Of a DNA stretch of 64,000 nt, positions 26,006 to 38,961 are shown in pieces. Under the pieces are notes generated by a model. It was given only the letters and a program-made list of their open reading frames with translations, did no database searches and was not told the DNA's origin. A program made the position numbers and the translations under genes. The stretch is from Octopus vulgaris (lineage: Eukaryota). The stretch's first letter is position 1. Each line of letters begins with the position of its first letter. Location: positions 84,010,001 to 84,074,000 of the forward strand of contig OX597827.1 of assembly GCA_951406725.2 (NCBI GenBank), written 5' to 3'.

Positions 26006-26230
26006 CCTTCCTACTATGGGCACAAGGCCTGAAATTTGGGGAGGGGGATAGTCAATTACATCGACTCCAGTACACAACTGGTACTTAATTCATCGACCCT
26101 TAAAGGATGAAAGGCAAAGTCGACCTCGGCGGAATTTGAACTCAGAACGTAACGGCTGACGAAATCCTGCTAAGCATTTCGTGCTGCATGTTAATGAGTC
26201 TGCCAGCTCGCCACCTTTGATAATAATACT
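25746..26230 (-). mobile_element. Two tandem SINE copies separated by (AAT)n
   Basis: aaaggatgaaaggcaaagtcgac..cggcggaatttgaactcagaacgta occurs twice. Confidence 0.85.
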
Positions 26231-27449
26231 AATTACGCGGAAGATGTTCAGGATAACTTCAACCGCATCTCACTGCATCACCCAAGATGAGAGCTTGTTA
26301 TTTATTTTTCAGTTTTCTTTTTATTGTTGAATGTTATTAAATTTTGTTAACATTATCCCAACCGTGAAACAATATCATTATGTGTGATTAAAAATAGTTG
26401 CAAGCTGTTATTTGGGTTAGGATTAGGGGAACAACAAGGAGTCACCGGATGAAACCTATTTTTCCCTTATATACTTTTTCGCATTTATCAGCGATTTATT
26501 TAACACGTTGTTTTTAGAATCAAATTCCCGTGATAAACGAGGTTAAATGTATTTCAATCTCATGATTTTCAAATATCATCACACACACACACATTAAATT
26601 TCGTACTCTGCACATTATTCTTTTGCGTCTGTGTCCTGATAATTCATAAGTTGCAATAACGTGTGTGTATTTACATCCCTATCCTAGCAACAGTCGCTAA
26701 GTACTCACAGTGGAAACAACAGCACCAGCAGTAGTAGTAGTTGTAGTAGCAACGATGGTAGTGGTGCTGGTTGTAGCAGCAGTGGCAGCGGCGACAGGTG
26801 GTGGTTGCAGTATTAGTAACGTGTATCGTTTCTTATCGATCATTTTACTCTGCTGTCCACCATTGATCTTTGTTTCCCTGCCTGACGGCCAAGTTGTCGT
26901 CAGTTACTTTTCTTTAAAGTATCATTTATAGAATAAAATTGACCAACCGGATTTAGGTGAATGTTTCAAATAACAATATAACGTTTCTAATTGCCTGGCA
27001 GGTAGAAGGTACTTGAAAGATATTTAGAGCTCTGTGAAATGCCCTGTTTTGCCCCAGATGGCTTTCTCCATTTTAGGACTTACATTTTCATATTTTTTTA
27101 TATTTCTCTATTTCATATTTTTCAATACATGCCCCCACCACTTCGATTGTTGATTTCCATTCGTTCTGACCTCTTCCTCACTAGATTCCCCCCTGTCTTT
27201 GTAATGTCATCTACTCGTCGTCCTTCTTTCAAAAACATTAATGTTATTTTTCCGTCCTTCTATTGTTATTTCGTTCTTCCACGGCACAGCCGAGCGTAGG
27301 TGTGTGTGTCTTGTTTTGCCTGCTGCATATTCTGTTTTGTTAAAAGTATTTTATTTGATATATGTGCAATGCTTGTTGATAATATCGACATAAGAGCAAC
27401 CAGACAGTGAATGAGGCTAACGTAACTAAAGACTAACATCTTCACTATT

Positions 27450-28120
27450 ACGACAACGAAAACGGAGGCGATCTCATCTTCTAGGTTAGTGGAGGAGACA
27501 ATTGCCTGTAAGCTCTCCTGACCGTCGACGAGGAGAAAATGGGCATTTTTTTCTGATGACTCTCAATTCGGTAACATTGGAGAACTTGCAAACTTCTTTG
27601 GTATTGCTAGTGCTACGATAGAAAGGCATCTTCTGTTCGAGAAAAGCTCTACAGGAACAGAAGTGCCAACTGCTGGATTTGTTCGAGATGCGCACAGGGC
27701 AACGAGATCCTCTTGTACAGGACCCAGGCATCACCGATTTGATTCGTGCGTTGAAAAGCTACTGTTATGTGTGGGATGAATTCAGCTATCGACCCGCCAT
27801 CTTTGTTTAACAAGGAAGAACAGCTAGTTTTCTATCACCTCGTGGCTATCACAAAAGAAGTGGTGTCATGGACTTACCTGAAAGATTTGAAGATAAACAT
27901 TTTTTTTTATCTCTGATTAAGCTTCCCACAATTTTTTTCCTATGAAGAAAATAAGACTGGAGAAGGAAGTGTTATTTTCTAATGTGTTTAACGAAAGTTG
28001 ACTGACAGTGGTAAGACTAGCAAGGAATTATCCTGGGTGGTTTTCCACCCTAGTGTGAAGTTTTACATTTTGAATTTTTGTTGTTATGTTCCTTGTTTTT
28101 CTTGGTCTCTTTTTAGTTTT
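27450..28120 (+). mobile_element. Highly degenerate Tx1/L1-like LINE 3' remnant
   Basis: VREKLYRNRS..ICSRCAQGNE and FNKEEQLVFYHLVAITKEVV parallel VRDKLFRHG..CARC and PNREERACFLSVVAMAKEVV of the 15741-16650 element. Confidence 0.55.
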
Positions 28121-28631
28121 GTAAACGTCACACTCGTGAGTTTGTGTTATCTTGAGTATCGATATAAGCCAATGGTAAAACACATTCAGTTGGATCAAAA
28201 CTGAGCTCTTATGATTGCAAAACTTTCCACGTAACGATTGAGCCATGGATTGAATTTTTAAAAAACCGTGACTACCATAGTCCTATATTATTTGTATTTA
28301 ATAAGTTTGATGTGCTGTGATTAGTGTCTTTTTACTTGTAACTTTTCCGTTGATAAATTAGTTTTAAATGATGAAATCAGATCCATTCCAGGGCAAATAT
28401 CCAAAGTGATTTCGGACATAAGTCTATCTAGGGATATATTTCTATGAAAATGGCTTCAGGTAATTCTGCTGGACTCTTGCGTCGAGTTCTCCCTAAAGCA
28501 TCTGTGTATGTACTAATGTACATATTTTGAATAATATTAATCTTTACACACACACACACATACATACATACATGTATGTATTTGTATATAGACATTCATA
28601 ATATACATAAGGAGAGAGACTTATGCATGCG

Positions 28632-28663
<32 letters not shown>

Positions 28664-29639
28664 TGTATGTATGTATGTATGTATGTACGTACGTACGTAT
28701 GTATGTATGTATGTATGTACGTATGTATGTACATGATTGTGAACGTGTGCATGTGTGTTTGTATATTATGTGTTATATATCGATACAATCCATTCTTAAA
28801 AGAACAACATGGTTGGGTAGCAAGCATTTTCTTCTGGCACAATGAAATCAATTATTCCAGCTTTCGTAGAGCGTTAGGAGTGTTCATGATTAACCTAGAA
28901 TTAAGCATCACCTGATCATCTGTATAAGATTTGCCAGATTATTAACCAATAACTATAATTCTTGTATTAACTCGGCTCGCTTTAGTCCGAGTCCAGAGAA
29001 AATAACAATCCCAACATATTTAAGAGTTTTCCTTCTCTAAGTCATGACTTCATCAAAAGCCAAACAGCAACCCACGTGTGCAATTTGCAATAATATTTGT
29101 CGGAACTAATTAAACTTGACAAGATTATTGATCAGACAGACACATGTAAAAACGTCAAAATGACAAAATGCTCCATTGAAGGTGACTGTTAGACACATGG
29201 CTGAACAAAAATGTAGGGCGGCGCCTCCCCCACCTCGATCACATTCTTATCGTTTCTGTTCCTTTCTCTAAAGTGTGTAATTGACTTGTGTGGAGATATA
29301 CTTGACAATCCTTCAATTGTTTGTTGATGTTAGAGGTTTGGTGGAGGACGATATCTACAGAGGAAGTATGTCAGACAGGTGAGTTACAAAAGATCACTGC
29401 TTCCTCCTTCTCTACTCCAGTCCCAGCCAGTTACTTTAACATTTACATAGCGCAAATAGTTAGCAGCGTCATTGGAAAATAGTGAAGTTACTGTTAACAA
29501 CTTGTATGAATTTGTAGTTTAGAAGTTCGCTTCGTAATCACGTGGTTTCCAGCTCGTTCCCAGTATGCATTGCACAAGCGCCCGCTATCATAACCTTTAA
29601 CGCTTATGTAAATATATTTGCAGCACTTAACGAATTTCA

Positions 29640-29935
29640 GTCATGATCACATTAACTCGCCTCAAAAGAGACAAGAATCTCCACAACCTTCTAGTTAGAA
29701 AGCTGCTTAGCCTCGCCACCCCCAGCCATACTCAACCAGCTGTTTTCAAGTGGGTTCGCTACACGTTATGTCAACCAATAACGCCACAATGCTAATGCCA
29801 GCACCCTGTATCGAATCACTCAAAGCCTCAGCTCCATCTTCATCAACATAATATGCAAACGCTGCGATGGCATATATAAAAACTGGTGAAACGGTCGCCT
29901 GAATGATCGCTTTAATGCACCTTCTTCACTAAGTT
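29640..29935 (+). mobile_element. Degenerate Penelope-like GIY-YIG endonuclease remnant
   Basis: KRDKNLHNLLVR...YRITQSL...NIICKRC...TGET..LNDRF, read across frameshifts. Confidence 0.45.
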
Positions 29936-30026
29936 TTTCAATGAATTCTCGACTAACACGTGCTCTTCAAAACATTTGCTCCCTCTGTATACCATCTTTC
30001 AGTATTTGATATGGAAACGAGTAAAG

Positions 30027-30262
30027 ACCACCTTCGGTCGTGAATGACCATGGCAACCCTCTGAAACACAAACCCGGGCGTGGTTGTTTGTGGAAGACCA
30101 GCAGTCGCCCATGCAGACCAGCCTTCCCTCACCACATTGGACTGATGTTGTCCAAAGGAAAAGCAAACGCCAACACAGCTTGGCTCCAGTGACGTCTGCA
30201 GCGGATTTGGACTCACTACCTCATGATTGTCAACCCGACATTCTAACCACTGAGCCATGCAT
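30027..30262 (-). mobile_element. tRNA-derived SINE, internally deleted
   Basis: Minus-strand head gcatggctcagtggttagaatgtcggg; body homologous to 8322-8635. Confidence 0.7.
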
Positions 30263-31777
30263 ACTGGCATATTTGTTAATATTGCCTTAAATCTACCATT
30301 CCTTTGCGTTCAACACTCCTCTCCTTCGTCGCTCTTATTTCCTTTCCACTCCCCTCCCAAATTCTTTCCCCACTTCGTACAATTACTAATTCTTCGCCAT
30401 TTTCTATCATTCTCCTTTATGTCCAATCTCTCATGCACTAAGGGCGATGAAAAACCCCTCTCTCTCTCTCTCTCACACACACACAAAGAAGGGCTTTATC
30501 CGAAATGTCATATTCTCTTCTCGCTATTGCACACAAACTTAAGAAACTTTATATACATTTTTTACCAAAGTAGAATACCACAAGTCTCGCCGCATTCTAT
30601 TATTTTATCATTATATAAGTACAAGTTGTAAACTTCACGACTATAATTGTTCTATTTACCACAAAAGCTCGTTGGTTTACCATAAATATACGAGTAATTG
30701 TAAAGCATTACACCATTCGGTACAATACTTTAAAAACACTCTATTAAACATCACGTCTGTTTTTTACGGAATTCCCCAGAAAACTTACAATTAATGATGG
30801 ATACAGTACTTTTAGTAAAACATAATACTAAAATAAACAGGCAACATTCGGTGGTCACATGCAAAAATAGACGTCTGATGGATGACATATAATTGGTTTA
30901 ACTTGAAATTCAGGTCGTAATGTCTACACCAATCACAACGAACTTCTCTACCATAATGATGCGGTAACACAATGCAACATCACTTCCTTCTGAAGATGAA
31001 ACAGATCTAGAAACATTGATGACTGGTTGAAGAAATTTTCTGTTGCAGGCAAATTGTAAGATACTTGTAGGAATATATGAACAAAATTTTGATATCAAAA
31101 TAAGCAAGAACTCGGTCATGTTTCAATAAATGTTTAAAAGAAAGATGTGTTTGTTAAATGTACTTATAGGTTGAATTGCAAGATGTCTGACTTAATGATA
31201 TGCATTTTACAAATAGTGCACTGGTCACATGTGTTGTCTCTGGATTTATTAGCTTGTCAAGACACACACACACATAAAGAAAGAGATGGGGAGAGAGAAA
31301 ATTGATACTATTCCTTACAAGTATAGGTTTGTGTATATAGATAGGTATTTTCATGAATAAATGTGTGAGTACTCTCACATACACACACATACACACCATT
31401 TAATATTCGCAGAATTTAAATGTGAGCTACGGTCCACTTCCCGTTATTACTGACATAAATGACATTAGAAATGTCATCAAACACAGTAAACGTTTCTTTC
31501 ACAATACAAAATGTCATCAATGGTCCAGGTACCAGACAAACTCCAGTCTTACCTGTGTGCTACGATCCAATGAGAAACTCTGCTAAACGAGGTTAAAACT
31601 TGTGCTATTCCATTCTGGAAGAGACGATTACTTAAACAATTCTATTCTCTTCCACCGGGAGAGATTCTAATAACGTCAAATGTTAGCTGTGACCTAGATA
31701 TAACTATCGACAAAAACCTAAGCTATATGTACACGATATTGTTTACATCCATCGAAGTGCTTCTAATTCTTATTTGA

Positions 31778-31836
<59 letters not shown>

Positions 31837-32523
31837 CGTAGGCAGCCACAAGGTCTAAAGACCTGAAGCTGACTGTGGTGTTGTGCTTGACTGCCCTAGC
31901 CAGACATCAAAAGCTTACACACGCTGGAGCTGTTCAATCTAATGCCCCTCCGTATTCGCAAGATTCTTTGTAATTTTTACTTTTTTTGTAACAATGACTT
32001 ATTCACCACAAACGCCCCCCAGCCCGATTCATCTTAGATGCTTTGTGTTTTTATCCTTTCATTTTCTTCTTAACCAATTCTTTCTCACTGTAACAAATAG
32101 ATCTGAACTGCTAGAATCTCTCATCACCAACAATATTGCTTGAAGCGAAATCGAAATGTAAATTTCTGAACTTGTGAAGCATCGCATGTCACCTGAGGAG
32201 GCTCTTTTGCACTGTGCGGTGCATCTGGTGTTATTGCATCGTTCCACGCCTGCTAGGGAGCAGTGCAGTATGAAGCCGAAATGACTGTCGGACTAATAAA
32301 TGCTTCTTTTAAAATATACCCTACGTGCACCTCGAAATTTCGGACATAGATCCGACGACGGACGCACGGTATCGCTGATGACGCCTGATAGCCATAAGTG
32401 GTGAACGTGCTCTGCAGACACACTACCTGGAGCTTACCCTGAAACAAGGTTTGAATACTGCATTTAGCACCTACTTTCTAAGCCTTAATTCTTTAACTTT
32501 AAATTCGACTTTATATATATATA

Positions 32524-35500
32524 TGTTATGTGTTATTTCGTTCTAATGGGATAGACAACTCAATACGAAGCATAGTTATTATTTTACGTGTTTATTTACT
32601 TTTCCATGTTACACGAACTGCGCTACTTTCAGCGCAGCGACACCTATATATCATTAGACACAGCGTAGTAATACTGTTTACTTTAAAACACAGTTCGTAC
32701 TGTTCACTAACAAATTCTGCTGGGGATTTCATATCAGCTCTCAGTGGTGTCGCTCGTAGGGACAGAAGTGCCAGGTGTGGGTCTTCCTTAGTCTCTCGGC
32801 ATTTGACTAGTGTTCTCTTCACTGTCTGCACCTGTCTTTCTATAAACCCATGACCTTTGGGGTAGTGTGGAGATGAGGTTGTAATATTGAACCCATACTC
32901 ATCGGCTAGCTTTTTGAATTCTTGTGATGTGAACTGGGTTCTGTTGTCACATATGATCTGCTCTGGTATTCCTTGCTCTGCTAAAAGTCCTCGAGCCACT
33001 GTAGTGATTGTTTTGGCTCTCAGGTCTTTCACTTTTCTCACAAATGGAAATTTGGAGTAGTAGCAGACCATAATCAAATACCATTCTTGGCCCTCTGTGA
33101 ACAGATCTACTCCAATAGTTTGCCACGGCCTTCTTAGGATGTCACTAGATATCATTTCCTCCTTTTGTTGTGAGTTTCTGTACTTCTGACAGATGTGGCA
33201 TGTAGAAACTGTCTTCTCTATGTCTTTGTACATGCCTACCCAATATACTGCTGACTTGACTCGGAGCTTGCATTTCTCCATTCCGAGATGCCCTTGGTGG
33301 ATCTTGTCAAGAATCTCTTTTTGCATTGACTTGGGTATAATTATTCGGGATCCAGCCATCAGGATTCCATTCTCCACTGATATATCATCATGGATGGCCC
33401 AATATTCACGAATTAGGGGCTGCACCTGATGTCTCTTTTCTGGCCACCCCTGAATCACCATCTGAGTAAGGAGCTGGAGTTCATCATCTTTGCTGGTCTC
33501 CTCTTTGATTTCTGCTAGTTTTGTGGTTGTTACATTCACAATGTGGTGGACCTTTGTGCTTAGTCCTTCCATCTCCTGTTTGTCATGTGATGATAGTCTG
33601 GAAAGAGCATCCGCCAATATCAGGTCTTTTCCTGGCTTGAACCTGATATCGTAGTCGTATGTTTGAAGCCTTAACAGTAATCTTTGCAGTCTGGCTGGTG
33701 CTTTCATGAGGTTTTTTTCTATGTATTTGTTCTAGCGGGCGATGGTTTGTTTCAATGTTGAAATTTCTGCCATACAGGTATGTTTGGAACTTTTCACATC
33801 CATATACTACTACCAGGAGTTCCCTTTCAATATTTGCGTACCTTGTCTTTGTGGGTGAGAGAGCTTTCGAGGCATATGCAATGGGTTTACCTTCCTGTAT
33901 CAGTGCTGCGCCAACTCCTCTCATAGATGCATCGACTTGGAGTATTATTGGTTTGCGTCTGTCATAGTATTGCAGAGTTGTCTCCTTACTGATGAGCTTT
34001 TTGATTGCTTTGAAATCCTGTGTGTGTGAAGCACACCAATCAAACTCTACGTCATCTCTGTTTAGTTCCCGGAGATTTGCAGTGAGATCGGCCAGCTTGG
34101 GTATGAAGGCTCCCATGTAGTGGATGAGTCCTAGGAAACTCCTGAGTTCCTTCTTGTCTTTGGGTTCTTTAATGTCTCAGATGGCTTCCAGTTTAGCGGG
34201 GTCTGGTTTAACTCCCTCTGCCGAGTATATAATTCCAAAGAATTTGCACTCCTTTGCTTTTACCACACACTTGTTTGCATTGAGTTTGATGCCTGCTTGT
34301 CGGGTTTTCTCCATAGCTTCATGTAAATTCAAGTCATGTGTGGTCTCATCCTTGCCATGCACTTGGATGTCATCTGCTATTCCTATTGCTCCCTTGCAGC
34401 CTTGGTAGGTCTCATCTATTTGGCGCTGGAAAACATCTTGGCTCACCTTCAATCCAAATGGGAGTCGGTTGAATCGATATCTGCCAAATGGTGTGTTGAA
34501 GGTAGTGAGCATGGATGACTCTTCGTCTATCTTTATATTCCAGTACCCATTACTGGCATCCAGTTTGCTGAATAATTTGGACCCAGCCAATGATGGTGTG
34601 ATTTCTTCAAGGGTTGGAATTGGATGGTACTCTCTTTTTAAAGCCTTGTTCAGGTCCCTTGGGTCGAGGCATATCCGTAGGGTACCATTGGGTTTTTCCT
34701 TGATTACGATTGAATTTACCCAGTCTGTTGGTCGTGTCACTTTGGTGATTATTTCTTTTTTTTTTCCATTTTGTCCAACTCTGTCTTCAGCTTCTCTTTT
34801 AGTTCTAGAGGGACGCGGCGAGGTGGGTGAACAATTGGTTTGATATTGGGGTCGACTGTTATATGATATCGACATTTCACAAAGCACCCGACTGTATCGT
34901 CAAAGCATTCAGGGTACATGCTTATCAGTTCCTCTTTGTTTGTGATTGGTGGTCGGTCTTTGATAGGCATATCTCTGTCAATCCTGCTCGGAGTTGCCTT
35001 CACTTCACCATTGATTGACACAATATTTAGCTTTTTGCAGGTATTGAGTCCAAGAATTGCTGGTCCTTCTGTTCTTGTGACATAAAAAATAACACTTGAT
35101 TATTTTTCCTTTGTGCGTCCCTGTAATTGTTGTTTTACCCAGTTGTGGAATCCTGGTACCTCCGTACGCAGTGAGGATTACATCACTTGGTGTGAGGATT
35201 CCTTCTTTGATTTTATCCTCTTGTGTCATGTGTTCTGGGAACATCTTGTAAAGGTTGACAGGCAAGATATCACTCTCGGCTCCAATGTCAATCTTCAGCC
35301 TTAAGTCAATGTTTATTCTTTTCTTGCCAGCCTTCTTTTGAATTCTTATTGTTGTGTAGGCCTCATTTTTTTTCTGGTCGTCCGTTCCCATCTCATGCAC
35401 ATTTATTGTGCCGACTGCCAAGAATTCCTCTTCTGAGGTGTTTTGTTCCTGTTGTTGTGCATGTATATCTCTTTTTCTATTTCCGCTCCTCTTTGAAAAT

Positions 35501-36636
35501 TGGGGCTTGTATTTCTGGGATTTTGTCAACCTACACATTTTTTTCCAGTGGTTAAGTTTTCCACATGCTTTGCAGTGTGTACCGAATGCAGGACATTTCT
35601 TCCGGTTATTGAATTCATGCTCTGTACCACAGTACTGGCATGTTCTTTGTTTGCGGGTATGTTTCGTCCTGTGCCTAGATACAATATCTACACTGCTGCC
35701 TAGTGAGCTTGTTTGTAAGGTAAGTGAGGTCATTTGTTTGGTAGTGGCTTCGAATGCTCTTGCAGTGTCTACTGCTTCTATCAACTGGAGAGCGTCCTTA
35801 CCTATGAGGGATTTCTGAACTTCTTTATGAGCACACCCCCATATTAATTGGTCAACAATTCTTTCGTCCTTATCTTTGAATTTGCATTTTTCGGCAACAT
35901 TCTTTAGTCTGGACAGGAAATTGTCAATCGTTTCTTGTGGGTCTTGTTTCAGGCCCTGGAATTTGTATCTGTGAATTCTATGGTTCGACCTGGGCTCTAG
36001 GTGCCTTTCAAATTTCTCTAAAAGTGTGTCTGGGTTATTGCAATCCGATTCTGACATGTCCCAGCTGTTGAATAGGTCTAGACCTTTTTCGGCCGTCCAT
36101 AAAAGGATATAGCTTACCTTTTCTTCTTCGGTTGTGCCTTTTAGGAAACTTTTGAAAACTAGTTGAGTTTTCTGTTTGAATTTCTTAAACGCTTCCACGA
36201 TATCACCGGAGTCCCAATTCATGGTTGGATGTAGATTCATCTGTACGGCGACGGGGGTCGCCATTTTGGATTCTCGTGTATGTGTGTCCGAAGACGAAGC
36301 GATGTTTTGTTTGTTAATTTCTGGTTCGTTGTGTTTCTGTTTTGTTGTAAAGGCACAGTTTCCAATTAATTATCCCACCGCTACCACCATGTTATGTGTT
36401 ATTTCGTTCTAATGGGATAGACAACTCAATACGAAGCATAGTTATTCTTTTACATGTTTATTTAATTTTCCATGTTACACGAACTGCGCTACTTTCAGCG
36501 CAGCGACACCTATATATCGTTAGACACAGCGTAGTAATACTATTTACTTTAAAACACAGTCCGTACTGTTCACTAACAAATAGTGCCAAAAGTGGGGATG
36601 TATTCTACACACGTATACACATAGATATGAATGTGT

Positions 36637-36640
<4 letters not shown>
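32524..36640 (-). mobile_element. Ty3/Gypsy (Mag-like) LTR retrotransposon, frameshifted, with a 3' deletion
   Basis: 5' LTR 36390-36640 (TGTTA...TAACA) and partial 3' LTR 32524-32715. Gag has the double knuckle CQYC..H..C / CKACGKLNHWKKMC; protease KIDIGAE; RT LRICLDPRDLN, RLPFGL, GIADDI; RNase H QVDAS, YANIERELL; integrase H-H-C-C and HGFIER. Domain order is PR-RT-RH-IN. Confidence 0.95.
36372..36389 (-). promoter_or_regulatory. Primer-binding site complementary to the tRNA-Leu 3' end
   Basis: Minus-strand TGGTGGTAGCGGTGGGAT abuts the 5' LTR. It matches the recalled metazoan tRNA-Leu end ATCCCACCGCTGCCA-CCA at 17 of 18 positions. Confidence 0.8.
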
Positions 36641-36691
<51 letters not shown>

Positions 36692-36840
36692 GGTTAAGTA
36701 ATTGAGATTCTAGTGAATTCTAAAGAATTCACATGAATATGGTCCTTAACTAGGATGCACCGGATATCTATATGGTGTTAACCATACGACAAGTGGGGTG
36801 ATTATAAATAGGAAAAAAGCAACAAGAATGGATTAAAATC

Positions 36841-36924
36841 TCGGTACGATCGTTTCGTACGAGGACATCTTTAATAAGCTACAAAAAATGCAGTGAATAC
36901 AGATGGCTCGTACTCGTCAGCCGA
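36841..36924 (-). ncRNA. Type I hammerhead ribozyme with an intact core and extended stem II
   Basis: Minus strand tcgg-CTGACGA-gtacgag...ctcgtac-GAAA-cgatcg-TA-ccga. Confidence 0.85.
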
Positions 36925-38899
36925 AAAAATATCAGAGAATTCCCAAACATCAAAAGGGGTAGATACAAAAGAGGTTGTAAGATTAACTGCATTGAAGAAA
37001 GTTCGATTCATGGAGATCCGATGAAAGGTTTTAAACCTATAGAATTTATGCATGTCTACATATAGCTCATATTGAATATTTGATCAAGTTGTATGAAGAA
37101 ATTTTCGGATACAGTCATGCAAAATTTCTGAAAATCCGAGTAAGAGGCAAAGTGACTGCCACATCATGTAGAGGAAAGTCTGAGTAAAAACATAGTAACT
37201 GTCATATCGTGTAGAGGAACAGATTGTTATTGAAATTTACAAGAATCGCAGATAAGTTCGATTTTTTTGGAGATCCGATGAAAAAGTCTTGAACTTACAA
37301 TATTTGTGTATGCCCTTATAGTTCCTATTGTGTTTCATTTCACCCATATGTTGTGTTGATTCTTCACACCACGAGATTTACTTCACCCGCGTGTTTGGTT
37401 AAAAAAAAAAATTATATTTATCAATTAGAATTTTATTATAGATATTTTTCGTCAATCGTCTTAATATTCTACATAATTTTCATATATAGCAAAAGCTGTT
37501 TGCGATGTTTATACAGGTTCTTGGCATTAGGAAGGCGAATGGAATATGTGAACTCAGTACACAACCGCACACCTACACTTCAAGCACAATATTGACAAAG
37601 CATCGGTGACTCAACGACTCAGTATTGCCAAGCTTCAGGGACTTATTGACTCAGATAGCTGGATTTATGATTTCACTAGATTAATTCTATTCATAAACAT
37701 TTAAATTGGGAGTATTTCTTAAACCGTTAGCTTCACATTTCGACACCTTAACTAAAATTTAGTCCACGTAACAGGAACCAAGAGGGATATCGTGGAACAG
37801 AGAAACTGTGGATGATACAGATAATTTGACATTATTTTTGAATTCTGCATGCAAAAACATAAGAGAAAGGTATTCTTCTTGGGACAAATTCTTTGTTGAC
37901 CAGTGTTATTCTTATCGTAGTTTACAAATCCAAGCATGAAAACGTTACTCAACTTTGGAGTTTTGGAGACAGACGCCCCCTTTTCACACACACACACTCT
38001 TATATATTAATGATGTACGCAAATACACGACAGGTATACATAATACTGAAATACGTATAAAGTAAACACGCAAATATAGCAAATTCAAAAATAATTTTTA
38101 AAACATACAATCAATGAAGAGACAAAAGAAACAGTAAGGTGATCCATGTTGATTTTATTAGGTATTTCTGTTTATTTAGAAACCTACAGTGAACAGGGGA
38201 TTCCACATACGCTAAACTATAAATTTCACAGGGTACAACCTTACAGTTGACACTGCTCCGCTAAACGCAGAAAATTTCTATCTCGCTAATGGCTAAAAAT
38301 ACACAGTTTTTTTCGATTTCTAAACCTCTGTAACTTTTTCCTCCAGTTTTTTTCTCCGCAACATCATACCTCCATAGCAATAAGATTGGAAAACTATAGT
38401 ATTATAGCAGATTTTCAGATTTTTTTACTGTCTTTTTAAAAATGCATATTTTGCGAATGAACGAAAAAACTAGATCCTGCATGCCCCGCATCTAATTACC
38501 CATCTCGGCCATGTTCTTCATGTCAGAAATCATACGGGGTAAATAGTGCCGCAGCATGATATAATGATCAAAGAACTCAAACTTATTTATACTTATAAAT
38601 TGAGGATATAATCAGTTAGCATGATTTGATCAGTGGCTAGCATATAAGAAACGACCATATCGGTAAAATTAATTTTCAAGTACATAATTATAAAAAGTAT
38701 AATTATAATTGAGGGCACGGGAGTGCCAGCGCTTATACGCTAGAAGTAAATGTAAAATACCTACAATCCACTCTAATTTATTCTCTATTTATAACCCACA
38801 TGTTAATTGGGTTATAAATTTCTTGCCTATAGAGAAAGATCCAGTTTCTGACCTAGATCCAAGGCTCCTTTATTGGAATTTCAACATCAACAACAGAGA

Positions 38900-38959
<60 letters not shown>

Positions 38960-38961
<2 letters not shown>

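Noticed and set aside
32374-32410. CTGATGA-cgcc...ggtg-aacgt
   Set aside because: No GAAA and no stem I.
38873-38959. N-terminal extension of the RTE ORF
   Set aside because: It is the flanking (TA)n read in frame, not part of the element.
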